A stretch of 64,000 bases of DNA from Candidatus Latescibacterota bacterium (GCA_965203805.1 OZ241917.1:256001-320000); one strand, 5' to 3'; shown: positions 10,180-19,760, numbered from the stretch's first letter. Numbers and translations are program-made. The notes: generated from the letters alone by a model not told the origin.

Positions 10180-10193
10180 ATCAGCATCGGTTT

Positions 10194-12110
10194 CTACCTG
10201 TACCACGAAGCCTGTTCCTCCCACATGCGGGCGTAAACGCCCCCGTGAGCCACGAGGTCGTTGTGACATCCGTCCTCGACGATGCGACCCTGGCTCAGTA
10301 CCAGGATGCGATCCGCCATTCGCGCGGAGCCGAGCCGGTGACTGATCAGCAGGGCGGTTCGTCCCTCGAGCAGTTCTGCGAACTGCCGGTAGAGCGCTGC
10401 TTCCGCCACGGGATCGAGGGCGGCGGCCGGCTCGTCGAGGATGAGCAATTCCGGTTCGCGGGTAAACGCGCGGGCGATGGCGATACGCTGCCACTCGCCG
10501 CCGGACAGTCCCTGCCCGCCGTCGAGGACGTGCCCGACAGGGGTATCGTATCCCCCGGGAAGCCGTTCCGCGAGATTGTCGACACCGGCACGCCGCGCCG
10601 CATCCGCGACCGCCGACATGTCCGGTTGCAGCGAGGAAGGCCACAGACCGGCGGCATCCCCATCGCCCGAGCCGCCCACTGTTCCGATACCGATGGATTG
10701 GCCGAGCGTGAACTCGAATCGGCAGTAGTCCTGGAAAGCCGCGCTCACAGCGTCTCCCAGGCTATCCGTGTCTATATCGGCATAGTCCAGGCCGTCGGCA
10801 GTCACGCGCCCGGCAGTGGGCGGATAGAGTCCGAGGAGGATCCTGGCCAGGGTGGACTTGCCGGCGCCGTTGTCGCCGACGAGGGCGACGCGTTCGCCCG
10901 GTACCAGGCGAAGCGTTACCCCGTTCAGCACGGACGGGGCCCTTTCGCCGGAAGCCAACGCCGGGTACGTGAAGTGGACGTTGTCCACGACGAGACCTCC
11001 CCGCAGGGGTCGGGGAAAGACGGCGGCATTCGATTTGCCGTCCGTGCCGGGAGATGCTACCGTTTCCGGTTCACTGCCATCCGGTCGTTCGAAGAACTCC
11101 CTGACGTAACCGACCTCCGCGGAACAAGCCTGCAACGCCCTGGAGCTGAAACCGAGACTGCCTCCTGCGCGCAGCATGTCGCCGACGCCCTGAAAGAGCG
11201 CAACAAATCGTCCGGGCGTGAGGACCCGGTGACCCAGCAGGAACGCGAGGATAACCGCGACGCCAACTCCCACTGCCACGTGAAACCCCGTGGCAGGTAT
11301 GCTCACAAAGACCTGGCGTTGCCGCTGGCCCAGCAGTCGATCCCGCAGTACCTGGCGCATCCTCCGCCAGCGCCCGGTCAACGGCGCGTGCAGGCCGAAC
11401 AACCGCATTTCCTTCTGCTCCGACCGACCCGTCAGGATCCGGTTCACGTACCCGGCACGGCGCTCCTCCGGTGTCTCGCCATAGGTGAATGCCATGAACA
11501 TACGGTTCTGTCGGATCTCCAGGAGGACGAGCGGCGCCAGCGCTCCCAGCAAGGCAACGGAGATCCATATGGAAACCGGCGCGAACATCGATGCCACCGA
11601 GACGGCTGTGACCACGGCCTTGGAGAAATGCAGCGCGGTGGAAAACAGCGCACCGAGCTTGCGTCCCGGATCGCGCGCGCGTTCCAGACGGTCGTACGTC
11701 TCGCTGACGTCGAAGAACAGCAGGGGCAGCCTCGACGACCGTGCCAGGAGGCGGCGGCCCAGAACGTGGGAAAGATCCTGCTCCAGACGCAGGTAGAAGA
11801 CATCGCGCAAATGCCACATCACATCGTCGGTCACCAGCTGGATCAGGCCGAATGCAATCAGCCACGGCAGGATATCGTGAAATCCGGATGGGCCGCCGCC
11901 GGCCGCATCGACGACGGCGTCGACGAGATGTCTGGTCACGTGGATGAGCATCGCCGGCTGTAAGCCGAGGAGGATGTGTATGACAATCAGCCAGAGCGCG
12001 GCCGACCTGCCGTGCACCCGGATGCGGCTCCAGGTCCAGCGCAGGTTGGCGAGAATGGCGCTTGCGCTCTCGCGGCGGTTCCAATATTCGAGATCGGATC
12101 TCGGCGGCAT
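10194..12110 (-). CDS. ABC exporter, fused permease/ATP-binding subunit
   Basis: TM domain plus GDNGAGKS, LSGGEWQR, ILDEP; paralog in tandem with 8389-10179. Confidence 0.9.
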   Translation of the reverse strand: MPPRSDLEYWNRRESASAILANLRWTWSRIRVHGRSAALWLIVIHILLGLQPAMLIHVTRHLVDAVVDAAGGGPSGFHDILPWLIAFGLIQLVTDDVMWHLRDVFYLRLEQDLSHVLGRRLLARSSRLPLLFFDVSETYDRLERARDPGRKLGALFSTALHFSKAVVTAVSVASMFAPVSIWISVALLGALAPLVLLEIRQNRMFMAFTYGETPEERRAGYVNRILTGRSEQKEMRLFGLHAPLTGRWRRMRQVLRDRLLGQRQRQVFVSIPATGFHVAVGVGVAVILAFLLGHRVLTPGRFVALFQGVGDMLRAGGSLGFSSRALQACSAEVGYVREFFERPDGSEPETVASPGTDGKSNAAVFPRPLRGGLVVDNVHFTYPALASGERAPSVLNGVTLRLVPGERVALVGDNGAGKSTLARILLGLYPPTAGRVTADGLDYADIDTDSLGDAVSAAFQDYCRFEFTLGQSIGIGTVGGSGDGDAAGLWPSSLQPDMSAVADAARRAGVDNLAERLPGGYDTPVGHVLDGGQGLSGGEWQRIAIARAFTREPELLILDEPAAALDPVAEAALYRQFAELLEGRTALLISHRLGSARMADRILVLSQGRIVEDGCHNDLVAHGGVYARMWEEQASWYR

Positions 12111-12243
12111 CGGATGCTCCGGTCGGCTGGCAATGCAAAGGAAGCCTCGTGATTGTCCAGGCGATCGGGAAGATAATGCATCGCGCGAACGAAATCAACA
12201 GCTCTTTTCTACATAAATACATATTTTTAAATAATTTATATGC

Positions 12244-12272
12244 TTGACTTTTGCGCAGTTTTTTGGTATATT
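12244..12272 (+). promoter_or_regulatory. Near-consensus sigma70 promoter with no downstream CDS
   Basis: TTGACT-17 bp-TATATT with TG extended -10 and an AT-rich UP-like tract upstream. Confidence 0.6.
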
Positions 12273-12288
12273 ATTTACGTGGGAAATC

Positions 12289-12330
12289 AAAGAGGGAGCA
12301 GAAGGCAATCGCCTTCTGCTCCCTCTTTTT
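12289..12330 (+). terminator. Intrinsic terminator hairpin, possibly bidirectional
   Basis: AAAGAGGGAGCAGAAGGC-AATC-GCCTTCTGCTCCCTCTTT followed by TT. Confidence 0.8.
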
Positions 12331-12453
12331 CGGTAATTTCGATCGAGCTTTTCAACCTTGCACCGCACCGTATCCCAAGTCTGATCAGCCGGGGCACGAT
12401 GTCACACCGACGCGATCACTCGGAGGAACCTGCCGCCTGGAACCGCCGCCGAC

Positions 12454-12711
12454 TCACGATCGTTCACTCAGGAATCGCGTCGCGTAAATGTCCAGCACCT
12501 TTCGAATCATGCTCTGATAGGGTACGCCGTTTTTCCGTGCGTTCGACTTGAAGAAATCGACGCTTCTCTTGTTGAGGTTCAGGGTCACACGCACTGTTTC
12601 CTCTTTCGGGACAAGCTGGTCGGGAGGCGGCAGAAAGTCCGGAATAACAAGGGCCTGTTCAATGGCGTCAGCAATTTCGGCAGGCGCTTTTTCATATTTC
12701 GTACTGTTCAT
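12454..12711 (-). CDS. brnA: BrnA-like (RHH/CopG) antitoxin
   Basis: DFLPPPDQLV..VRVTLNL..VDFFK..GVPYQSMIRKVLD. Confidence 0.8.
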   Translation of the reverse strand: MNSTKYEKAPAEIADAIEQALVIPDFLPPPDQLVPKEETVRVTLNLNKRSVDFFKSNARKNGVPYQSMIRKVLDIYATRFLSERS

Positions 12712-12972
12712 AACGCTTCCTTCCTTCTCGCCAATACCCGGCGCGGAATATGCGGATATTGCCTTTACGATACGTAAAACGGACGGTCAAGACCCGATCC
12801 TCAACGCTTCCAAAAAAAAATTCCGTGTTTCCTGAGATGTACTATGTTTGCGGTCGACGGCGACAATACGATCGGGGTCCATAAACGCGAGTTGCGCTTC
12901 GGCGAATGAGACACCGTGTTTGCCCTGGTTGAGGCGGTCCTTTCTGTCATCCCACTCAAAGGCTATATTCAT
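12692..12972 (-). pseudogene. brnT: BrnT family toxin, frameshifted at a T9 tract
   Basis: FEWDDRKDRLNQGKHGVSFAEA...ETRNFF, then the shifted frame gives GSVEDRVLTVRFTYRKGNIRIFRAGYWREGRKRYE; A9 run at 12812-12820. Confidence 0.85.
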
Positions 12973-12994
12973 CCAGTTTCTTATTCGTTAGCGC

Positions 12995-13038
12995 ATTATT
13001 ATACATATAATAATACATATTTTCGTTGCATATGTCAA
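12995..13038 (-). promoter_or_regulatory. brnTA promoter with palindromic operator
   Basis: Minus-strand TTGACA-17 bp-TATTAT; ATTATTATA-CA-TATAATAAT palindrome over -10/+1. Confidence 0.75.
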
Positions 13039-13088
13039 TTTTTCCTTTGCGGCAAATCTGAAAACGAGCTCGCCCACAGCTTGACACC

Positions 13089-14297
13089 CTACCGGTGATG
13101 GTACCCGTGACCCAGTTCCAGCCGGATGCCGAACACCAGCGCGTTCGCAAGCGTCCGGTCGGCGCCGGGGTTGATGATGTATTGAATGTCCGGCTGGATC
13201 TTCAGTCTGTCGTTGATGCTCACCAGATACGTAAATTCGATTGCCGTTTCGTGGCTCTGCGCGTTGTTGACGGCTCGGAAGTCCGGACCGAATCGCGCCA
13301 TCGCCAGGGAAACCCCGATCCGGTCCTCAGGACGGCGAGGGACGAATCCCGACAGGACCGCCCCGGCGCCGACGTAACTGTCAATAGGATTCAGCGCGCC
13401 GTTGGCGGTCCCGCACCGAACGAATGCCGATGCGCTTCGCTGTTTGACATCGTCCGCGTAAACGTCGCCCTCAGCGAATCCGTACAGACCGTAATTGCCT
13501 CCGCGGCGCACGGTATTCCCGTGCGCATCGGTTTCACGCACTGTCTCGAACTCCGCGCTATACGAGAATGCGCCGAGACCCAACCGCGGGCCGCCGGAGA
13601 ATTCACGGGTGTACTCGAAGGCGTGCAGGACACCCTCGCGGCTGCTCAACTTGATTGCCGTGGCCGAGGGATTGTCCGGATCGCCGGGCACTGCGTCGAG
13701 GAGCGCGTAACGTAGAAGATTGTCTTTGTGGATCTCCCATTGCAGGCGCGCCGACAGCGACGTCACCGGAAATATCGAGGGACCGTTCTCTCCGGTCTGA
13801 GAGTACGTGGGTGCGATTCCGTGAGAACTGTTCAGGAATAACGCCGACGAATCGACCGCGTCGAATTCGCTGTTGAGATCGTAGAGTCCGATTTTCAGAC
13901 TCAATTCGTCGGCGAGACGATGTTCGTACCAGAGTTCATAGAGGCGCAGGGCCCGTTCCGCATCGATGTTGGAGACGACCTGCACGTCGCCCGCGTAAAG
14001 ATCCGAAAACGTCGACGCGTCGTTCCAGAGCAGATAGGCGAACAACGACCCTGTCCCGGCTTCGAAGACCCGCCCGAGGTCGAACTCGATCGTCGCGTCA
14101 ATGTTCTGCAGATAGGCGGAGCCGTTCCGGATCCCCCCCGCGGCGTTTTGAAGCAGATCGCCCTTGTACCCGAGTTGCACCGAAACCGAGCGGGCATCGG
14201 CGTTGGTATCCGCGGTGGAAAAGCCAGGTGTCGAGCCGACCAGCAGCACGCAGAACACAACATGCCGAAAACCGGGAGTGTGTCCGTCTCCGTGCAT
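13089..14297 (-). CDS. oprB: Carbohydrate-selective porin, OprB family
   Basis: RLYELWYE, KIGLYDLNSEFD, ETAIEFTY..IQPDIQYIINPG..ALVFGIR. Confidence 0.85.
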   Translation of the reverse strand: MHGDGHTPGFRHVVFCVLLVGSTPGFSTADTNADARSVSVQLGYKGDLLQNAAGGIRNGSAYLQNIDATIEFDLGRVFEAGTGSLFAYLLWNDASTFSDLYAGDVQVVSNIDAERALRLYELWYEHRLADELSLKIGLYDLNSEFDAVDSSALFLNSSHGIAPTYSQTGENGPSIFPVTSLSARLQWEIHKDNLLRYALLDAVPGDPDNPSATAIKLSSREGVLHAFEYTREFSGGPRLGLGAFSYSAEFETVRETDAHGNTVRRGGNYGLYGFAEGDVYADDVKQRSASAFVRCGTANGALNPIDSYVGAGAVLSGFVPRRPEDRIGVSLAMARFGPDFRAVNNAQSHETAIEFTYLVSINDRLKIQPDIQYIINPGADRTLANALVFGIRLELGHGYHHR

Positions 14298-14447
14298 TCC
14301 TGTCTGCCCTTTCAATCTTCCTTCTGCCGGAATGCAGACGGAAGTGATCCAATAGATCGCGCCGTCGTTTTTCCGGCTGGAGAGACGGCGGCGCGTCGTG
14401 TACGGCGGCCGCCGATACCTTCGCGGCCCCTGCTCGAGCAGTACTTC

Positions 14448-15386
14448 CTAGAACTCGAGCTCGAATGTCTGCGAACTGTATCCGGCGAAGATTCCGTACC
14501 CATTCTCAACGTTGCTGTATACGTTCACCGGCTCCGCAAAGGGGTTGTCGTCCGTCGCGTCGTGTAGAAGGGCGCTCTTGAGGTGTCTGTAATATGCCTC
14601 GCTTATGTGGCGGACCTGGAGCCAGATTACGCGCTCCTGGTCTGGCTCAACCACGAGGCTGACGGACGATATCTCGATTTCGTGGGATTCACCATCGAAC
14701 AGGGCATCGCTGAAAAACGGCTCGGAACCTGTAAACGGCTCCACGACTTCGGTGACGGGATCTTCAATCCGGTTGTCGGAGATAATGGATGGATCTCTCG
14801 TCGAAAAATACAGATCGCGCGGACCCGGCCAGCCAGGCGCAATGACTCGAATCTGATAGCGGTTTTCCTCTCCGGGTGGATCCTGAATCTGAAGGTTGAT
14901 CCGGAACTCCATAACGGTCGAAACACCGGGTTCTCCCGAAGGGGGATCGCTGGTCTCGCCGGGAACAGGATCGCTGGTCTCCACGCGAAAGGATTCGATG
15001 GACGTCGGTACGGGTGGGGGCGCCCTGTCAGTCGCCTGGACGGTCTCGAAGCCCGGCGCTGACACGCGCAACGAGTAGGACATGCCTGCCTGCAGGGGCT
15101 CTTCGCTTATATACACTCGTTCCCGGTCAAAGAAGGACAGCCGATCGATGATCCGGCTTTCCGAAAGCAACTCCACGCTGGCGCCGGTAACCAATCGCTC
15201 GGATTCGGGCGAGGGGTCCAGAATGCCAACGGACCGACTGACGGATGCCGCCCATCCGCCGTCCGGCGTGAAGAAGGCCTTTATCACCAGTCGAGGCGTA
15301 TGTTCAGGCAAATTCGGTTGAATGATCAATTCGCACGCGGTGAAAGCGATAACGAAGATCGTAGTCGTGATGCATTTCTTCTTCAT
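14448..15386 (-). CDS. DUF4249-like lipoprotein
   Basis: Lipobox FTAC, FSDALFDGE, C-terminal EPVNVYSNVENGYGIFAG; directly follows a TBDR. Confidence 0.8.
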   Translation of the reverse strand: MKKKCITTTIFVIAFTACELIIQPNLPEHTPRLVIKAFFTPDGGWAASVSRSVGILDPSPESERLVTGASVELLSESRIIDRLSFFDRERVYISEEPLQAGMSYSLRVSAPGFETVQATDRAPPPVPTSIESFRVETSDPVPGETSDPPSGEPGVSTVMEFRINLQIQDPPGEENRYQIRVIAPGWPGPRDLYFSTRDPSIISDNRIEDPVTEVVEPFTGSEPFFSDALFDGESHEIEISSVSLVVEPDQERVIWLQVRHISEAYYRHLKSALLHDATDDNPFAEPVNVYSNVENGYGIFAGYSSQTFELEF

Positions 15387-15402
15387 TGAGGCGCGCCGAT
15401 GT

Positions 15403-17826
15403 TCAGAACTTGAACCGGTAACTGATCCATGGCAGAACCGGAAACAGGGTCACCTGTTTGGCCTGGTACTCCCTGGTATCCGTCTGAGGGTCATAGAAAT
15501 CGTCGAAATAAATGAAATAGGGGTTCTTTCGGTTGTAAGCATTGTAGGCGCCCACGCGGAATCCGTGCCTGGTCCAGTCGAAGTTGAACCCGAAGTCAAG
15601 GCGATGGTAGGCGGACATTCGGTAGCCGTTGCGTGCTTCGTATATTCTGGTTTCATAGGGCAGCACGCGCGGAGTCCAGAGCTCGCGTCCGCCAATTGAT
15701 CCCCTTACGTACTCGTCATAGTATCTTGCGACGGGTAGGGTAATCGCATTGCCGGTTCCGTACACCCAGTTTAACGAGGCGTTCGTGATGCGCGTCAGCT
15801 GGTGGGACAGGACAAGCGCCACGTCGTGCCGGCGGTCGTAGCGAAAGGGAAAAGCGCGCCCCTCGTTCAGTTCGGGGAAACGCCGCCTGGTCCAGGAAAG
15901 CGTGTACCCGATCCAGCCCGTGGTGCGGCCGCGTTTTTTTTGCGCGAACGCTTCGACGCCGTAGGACCATCCACGCCCGGTTTCCACCTTGTCCTGCCAG
16001 TCCTGGTGTTCCCCGAACCCCGCCATAAAGGTCGCGCCTTCCCGGTACTCGATCAGGTCCGTCATCGTCTTGTGATAGGCCTCCAGGCTGAGTTCGTATT
16101 GTCCCTGTTTCAACGCGCCCGCCACGCCGAGGCCGAACTGCCGCGACCCCTCGGGACGCGCGCGTTCGGTGGCCGGGAGCCACAGGTCGGTCGGGAGCCC
16201 TATGGTGCTGTTTGAGAGTAGATGAATATACTGGCGCATCAGGGAATAGGACGCCTTCAGGGCCCACCGCGGATTCAACAGAAAACGCGTCGAAACCCTG
16301 GGTTGCAGGGATCCGAACCGTGAGTCGTCCACGGCGAAGCCGGAGGCGTGCAGCCCCACGTTGGCGCTCAGGCGCCTGGACAGGCGGACGTCGTCCTCCA
16401 CGTACAGGCCGAACTCCATGGCGTCCGTCGCCTGGGAAACGCCAAGTGTTGTATCCTCCGGGGCGCCGGCGGCGGGGTCGAATCTGTACTGCGCCGCTCC
16501 GGGGCTATAGGTGTGGTAGGTGGCGTTGCCGCCAAAGCGGATATAGTGGGCTGGATTGGGAATGTAGTCGAGATCCATCTTCAGGCCGAAGTCCCGGATG
16601 CCTGAGTGGTAGCGCAGGCTGAGGGTCTCGGTCTCGTGGTCGTCCCCGTCGTGTATCTCGGAGCGATCGTCGATGTCCGAGGTAAGCTTATATCGGCTGA
16701 AGATTGCGGTGAGATTGCCGAAGAGCCGGTTGCTGAAGAGGACGTTCCAGCGCAGCGTCGAAGTGAAATTGCCCCAGCCGAAATCCGCCGACGTCGTTTC
16801 TTCGCTACGATAGGCGCCGGATGTGTACTCCTCCTGTATGTCGCTCCAGAAACGGTCGTCGCCGCCGTAGAAACTCAGGAAGACGCGGTTTCGGGGCGAC
16901 AGGATGTGGTTCATCTTGGCATTGATATCGTAGAAATAATACCCGCCCCGCTCGCCGGGCTCGAGAAAGGGACGGATCAGCAGATCGACATACGTCCGCC
17001 GGGCCGAAACGATGAATGAGGTCCGGTCCTTGCGGATGGGCCCCTGCAGGGTCACCTGAGACGCGACAAGACCGATGGAGCCTTCGGCTTCGAACGATTG
17101 CATGTTGCCGTCCTTCATGGCAACTTCCAGAACCGAAGAAAGACGCCCGCCGAAACGCGCAGGAAATCCGGCCTTTGTGAGCTGTACGTTCTTGACGGCG
17201 CTGGTGTTGAAGACAGAGAAAAAGCCGAAGAGGTGGGACGCGTTGTAGACCGGGGCGTCGTCGAGCAGGATGAGATTCTGATCCGGACCGCCGCCCCGAA
17301 CGTAAAGGCCGCTCATACCCTCGGCGCCGGATTGGACTCCGGGAAGAAGCTGCATGGTTTTCATCAGGTCGACTTCGCCCAGGAGGACAGGCGCCTTCTC
17401 AATCTGGGTGACGGGGACGTCGACAACACCCATCCGCGTCTGTTCCTGGATCGGATCCACTTGCTCGGCCTCTACCTCTATAGCTTGCATTTCCAGAGGG
17501 AGAGGCTTCAGGGCGAAATCCACGCGAAGGTCCCGGTCCAGGCGGATTGCCAGGGTATCGCTCCGAAACCCGATGTAGGAAACCACAATCCGAAGAGAAT
17601 CCGCCGGCAGTGTCAGACTGAAGAAGCCGTAGCGATTCGTCGTGGCGCCCTGTCGCAGGGCAGGTTCGTACAATGAGGCCCCGATCAGTTTCTCGCCGTT
17701 CGAGGCATCCGTGACGTACCCGCTGATGGTGTGTTCCGCAGGGGGCTGCGCATTGGCCCCGCAGACACAGCCAATCCAGAAGATAGACAACCATCCGACG
17801 GGCGTCTTTCGAAACGCCCGATTCAT
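15403..17826 (-). CDS. TonB-dependent receptor with N-terminal carboxypeptidase-regulatory-like domain
   Basis: TISGYVTDASNGEKLIGA, LLPGV..GLYVRGGGPDQNLILLD, barrel ending YRFKF; start placed at MNRAF. Confidence 0.9.
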   Translation of the reverse strand: MNRAFRKTPVGWLSIFWIGCVCGANAQPPAEHTISGYVTDASNGEKLIGASLYEPALRQGATTNRYGFFSLTLPADSLRIVVSYIGFRSDTLAIRLDRDLRVDFALKPLPLEMQAIEVEAEQVDPIQEQTRMGVVDVPVTQIEKAPVLLGEVDLMKTMQLLPGVQSGAEGMSGLYVRGGGPDQNLILLDDAPVYNASHLFGFFSVFNTSAVKNVQLTKAGFPARFGGRLSSVLEVAMKDGNMQSFEAEGSIGLVASQVTLQGPIRKDRTSFIVSARRTYVDLLIRPFLEPGERGGYYFYDINAKMNHILSPRNRVFLSFYGGDDRFWSDIQEEYTSGAYRSEETTSADFGWGNFTSTLRWNVLFSNRLFGNLTAIFSRYKLTSDIDDRSEIHDGDDHETETLSLRYHSGIRDFGLKMDLDYIPNPAHYIRFGGNATYHTYSPGAAQYRFDPAAGAPEDTTLGVSQATDAMEFGLYVEDDVRLSRRLSANVGLHASGFAVDDSRFGSLQPRVSTRFLLNPRWALKASYSLMRQYIHLLSNSTIGLPTDLWLPATERARPEGSRQFGLGVAGALKQGQYELSLEAYHKTMTDLIEYREGATFMAGFGEHQDWQDKVETGRGWSYGVEAFAQKKRGRTTGWIGYTLSWTRRRFPELNEGRAFPFRYDRRHDVALVLSHQLTRITNASLNWVYGTGNAITLPVARYYDEYVRGSIGGRELWTPRVLPYETRIYEARNGYRMSAYHRLDFGFNFDWTRHGFRVGAYNAYNRKNPYFIYFDDFYDPQTDTREYQAKQVTLFPVLPWISYRFKF

Positions 17827-18081
17827 GGTGACTGCCGCGAAGTGAATGAAAGATGAATGCATGCTGTGTATTGAACGCGCGTTGGTGCTTCGGTGTTCCC
17901 GATGAAACCACGTCATCGGTGGATTCCGGCGCGGGCTTGAATCAGCGGGAGAATGGTGTGAACTTTCCGGGACAGAACACGAAGCCCGACTGTAATGGTA
18001 AAGCGGAATCGGACACATACCGTGAATTCCAAACGGCGTTCACGGCAACTCCCGGAAGGTCGGTTCTCCGGCGTATCTGCA

Positions 18082-18504
18082 CTAACTGGAATCGAGGACG
18101 AGACGGAAACCGCGGTTTCCGGCGGAACGATAGGCCGAAAAGCCGCGCCGGTCGAGGGTGGCGACGTCGGAACATTTCAATTGTTCTGCCAGCAGCACCA
18201 GGGTGGCGTCCGCGTAATCCATCGGGGTATCCGCGTATTTTTCCATAAGCGTTGCGCACGCGCGCAGGGCCGAGGGCTGAGCGAAGTCGAACACCCGGAT
18301 GCGGGCCGAGGTGACGAATTCAGAAAGCAATCGGGGACCGGACCGGCTTCCCGCGACGAAATGCATCGCTTCGGTGACGACCGCGCCTGTCGTACAGAGT
18401 TGTCCCGCAAAGCCGTCGAGCGCGTCTCCCACGCTCTGATGGGCCGGGTCGGCGGCGTTCAGATAGGCGACCAGCGGACCGGTATCCAGCAGCCAGACCG
18501 TCAT
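18082..18504 (-). CDS. vapC: VapC PIN-domain toxin
   Basis: LLDTGPLVA, VVTEA, MDYADATLV, TLDRRGF. Confidence 0.9.
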   Translation of the reverse strand: MTVWLLDTGPLVAYLNAADPAHQSVGDALDGFAGQLCTTGAVVTEAMHFVAGSRSGPRLLSEFVTSARIRVFDFAQPSALRACATLMEKYADTPMDYADATLVLLAEQLKCSDVATLDRRGFSAYRSAGNRGFRLVLDSS

Positions 18505-18734
18505 CCGCGCCAGTTCCGTTCACGCAATTGATCGCGCCAGGCGTCGGAATCGGGACCCGCCGGTTCGAGACGTCCCTTCAAATGCCCGGCGCGTTGGCCC
18601 AGCGGACGTTCGGAAATGGCGTCATCAAGAAGCCGGCGCACAAGTTCCGAAACCGTCAGTCCCTGCGCACGGGCGCGGTCTTCCAGCGCCTCCCGCATCG
18701 CCCGGTCGGTCCGTACCGTCAGTGTCGTATTCAT
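18501..18734 (-). CDS. vapB: RHH/CopG antitoxin (VapB)
   Basis: TLTVRTD..ALEDRARAQGLTVSELVRRLL; 4-nt overlap with vapC. Confidence 0.85.
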   Translation of the reverse strand: MNTTLTVRTDRAMREALEDRARAQGLTVSELVRRLLDDAISERPLGQRAGHLKGRLEPAGPDSDAWRDQLRERNWRG

Positions 18735-18770
18735 GTATTACAATATACGACAATGTAATACAAACTGCAA
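18734..18770 (-). promoter_or_regulatory. vapBC promoter/operator (probably leaderless mRNA)
   Basis: Minus-strand TTGCAG-17-TATATT-7 nt-ATG; inverted repeat TGTATTACA (18734-42) / TGTAATACA (18754-62). Confidence 0.6.
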
Positions 18771-18863
18771 ATGCAATTCCGGGGAATTCGCGTTTTCCAT
18801 TGCAGTCTGTATATTCGTGAGAACCCTGTACGGGAGCCTCTCCTGCATCGTACCGATGATGGT

Positions 18864-19742
18864 TCACACGTCCGCGCCGGCCCGCCGCAGCAAATCCGGT
18901 ATCATATCCGTGAACTCAGCCGGTCTCCCATGAACCCTGTCGCGGAACCGGACCATGAGGTCTTTCACGAGCGGAGAGACCTCAAGCGGCACCCCAAGCG
19001 CTTCACCGAGCGCAACGCCCAGACGCATATCCTTCACCGCAAGGTCAGCGGTCGAACCCATTCGATCACCGTCCAGGAACAGGGAGAGCGTGCGTTCGAA
19101 AATTCGACTCTGACCCATACTCGCTTTCACCGCGTCCAGAAGCTGGTTCAGGTCGATTCCCGCCTTGGCGCCCATGGCCACGCCTTCGCACACGCCGACG
19201 AAGTTCACAAACATCATCAGGTTGTTGATCAGCTTGACCACGTTCCCGGAGCCGGCGGGTCCTACGTGAACGATCCTGTCGCCGATACACGCCAACACCG
19301 GCCGCACCCATTGCAGATCCTCCGCTTCACCGCCGACAAACAGCGTGAGCGTCCCGTCACGCGCGCCAAAGATGCCACCGCTGACCGGCGCGTCGAGCAC
19401 GCGCAAACCGCGTTCGGCCCCAAGCGCGGAAATGCGGCGCGTCACGGCCGGCGCGACGGTGCTGGTGTCGACGTACGTCGATCTTGCCGCAATACCGGCA
19501 AACACGCCGTCGTCACCCAACACCACGTCCTCGACGGCCTCGCCATCGGGCAGCGACGACAACACCACGTCGGATCGAACCGCTACTGTCTTCGCGTTCT
19601 CCGCCCAGGTCGCCCCCGCCGCCTCCAGGTCGCGGCCGGTGTGACGCCGGGTATCGTGGATGGTCAGTTCGTGACCGGCGCCGAGAATATTGGCCGCCAT
19701 CGGCTGCCCCATGTTTCCCAGACCGATGAACCCGACTCTCAT
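18864..19742 (-). CDS. NAD(P)-dependent beta-hydroxyacid dehydrogenase (HIBADH/GarR family)
   Basis: VGFIGLGNMG, LDAPVSGG, VKLINN, KDM. Confidence 0.9.
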   Translation of the reverse strand: MRVGFIGLGNMGQPMAANILGAGHELTIHDTRRHTGRDLEAAGATWAENAKTVAVRSDVVLSSLPDGEAVEDVVLGDDGVFAGIAARSTYVDTSTVAPAVTRRISALGAERGLRVLDAPVSGGIFGARDGTLTLFVGGEAEDLQWVRPVLACIGDRIVHVGPAGSGNVVKLINNLMMFVNFVGVCEGVAMGAKAGIDLNQLLDAVKASMGQSRIFERTLSLFLDGDRMGSTADLAVKDMRLGVALGEALGVPLEVSPLVKDLMVRFRDRVHGRPAEFTDMIPDLLRRAGADV

Positions 19743-19760
19743 GCGAATCCTTTCCCGATG

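Noticed and set aside
8389-10644. Long N-terminal extensions in the ORF track for the ABC exporter, dipeptidase, holA, tilS, TBDR and DUF6029-like genes
   Set aside because: Extensions overlap upstream genes or are low-information; downstream starts fit family lengths
8461-11963. Long plus-strand ORFs (591 aa, 572 aa) and similar ones at 18771, 26239, 31458, 34262
   Set aside because: Antisense shadows of GC-rich genes with clear family motifs on the other strand
17830-18080. Cobalamin or TPP riboswitch upstream of the TonB-dependent receptor
   Set aside because: Conserved riboswitch motifs not found on the minus strand
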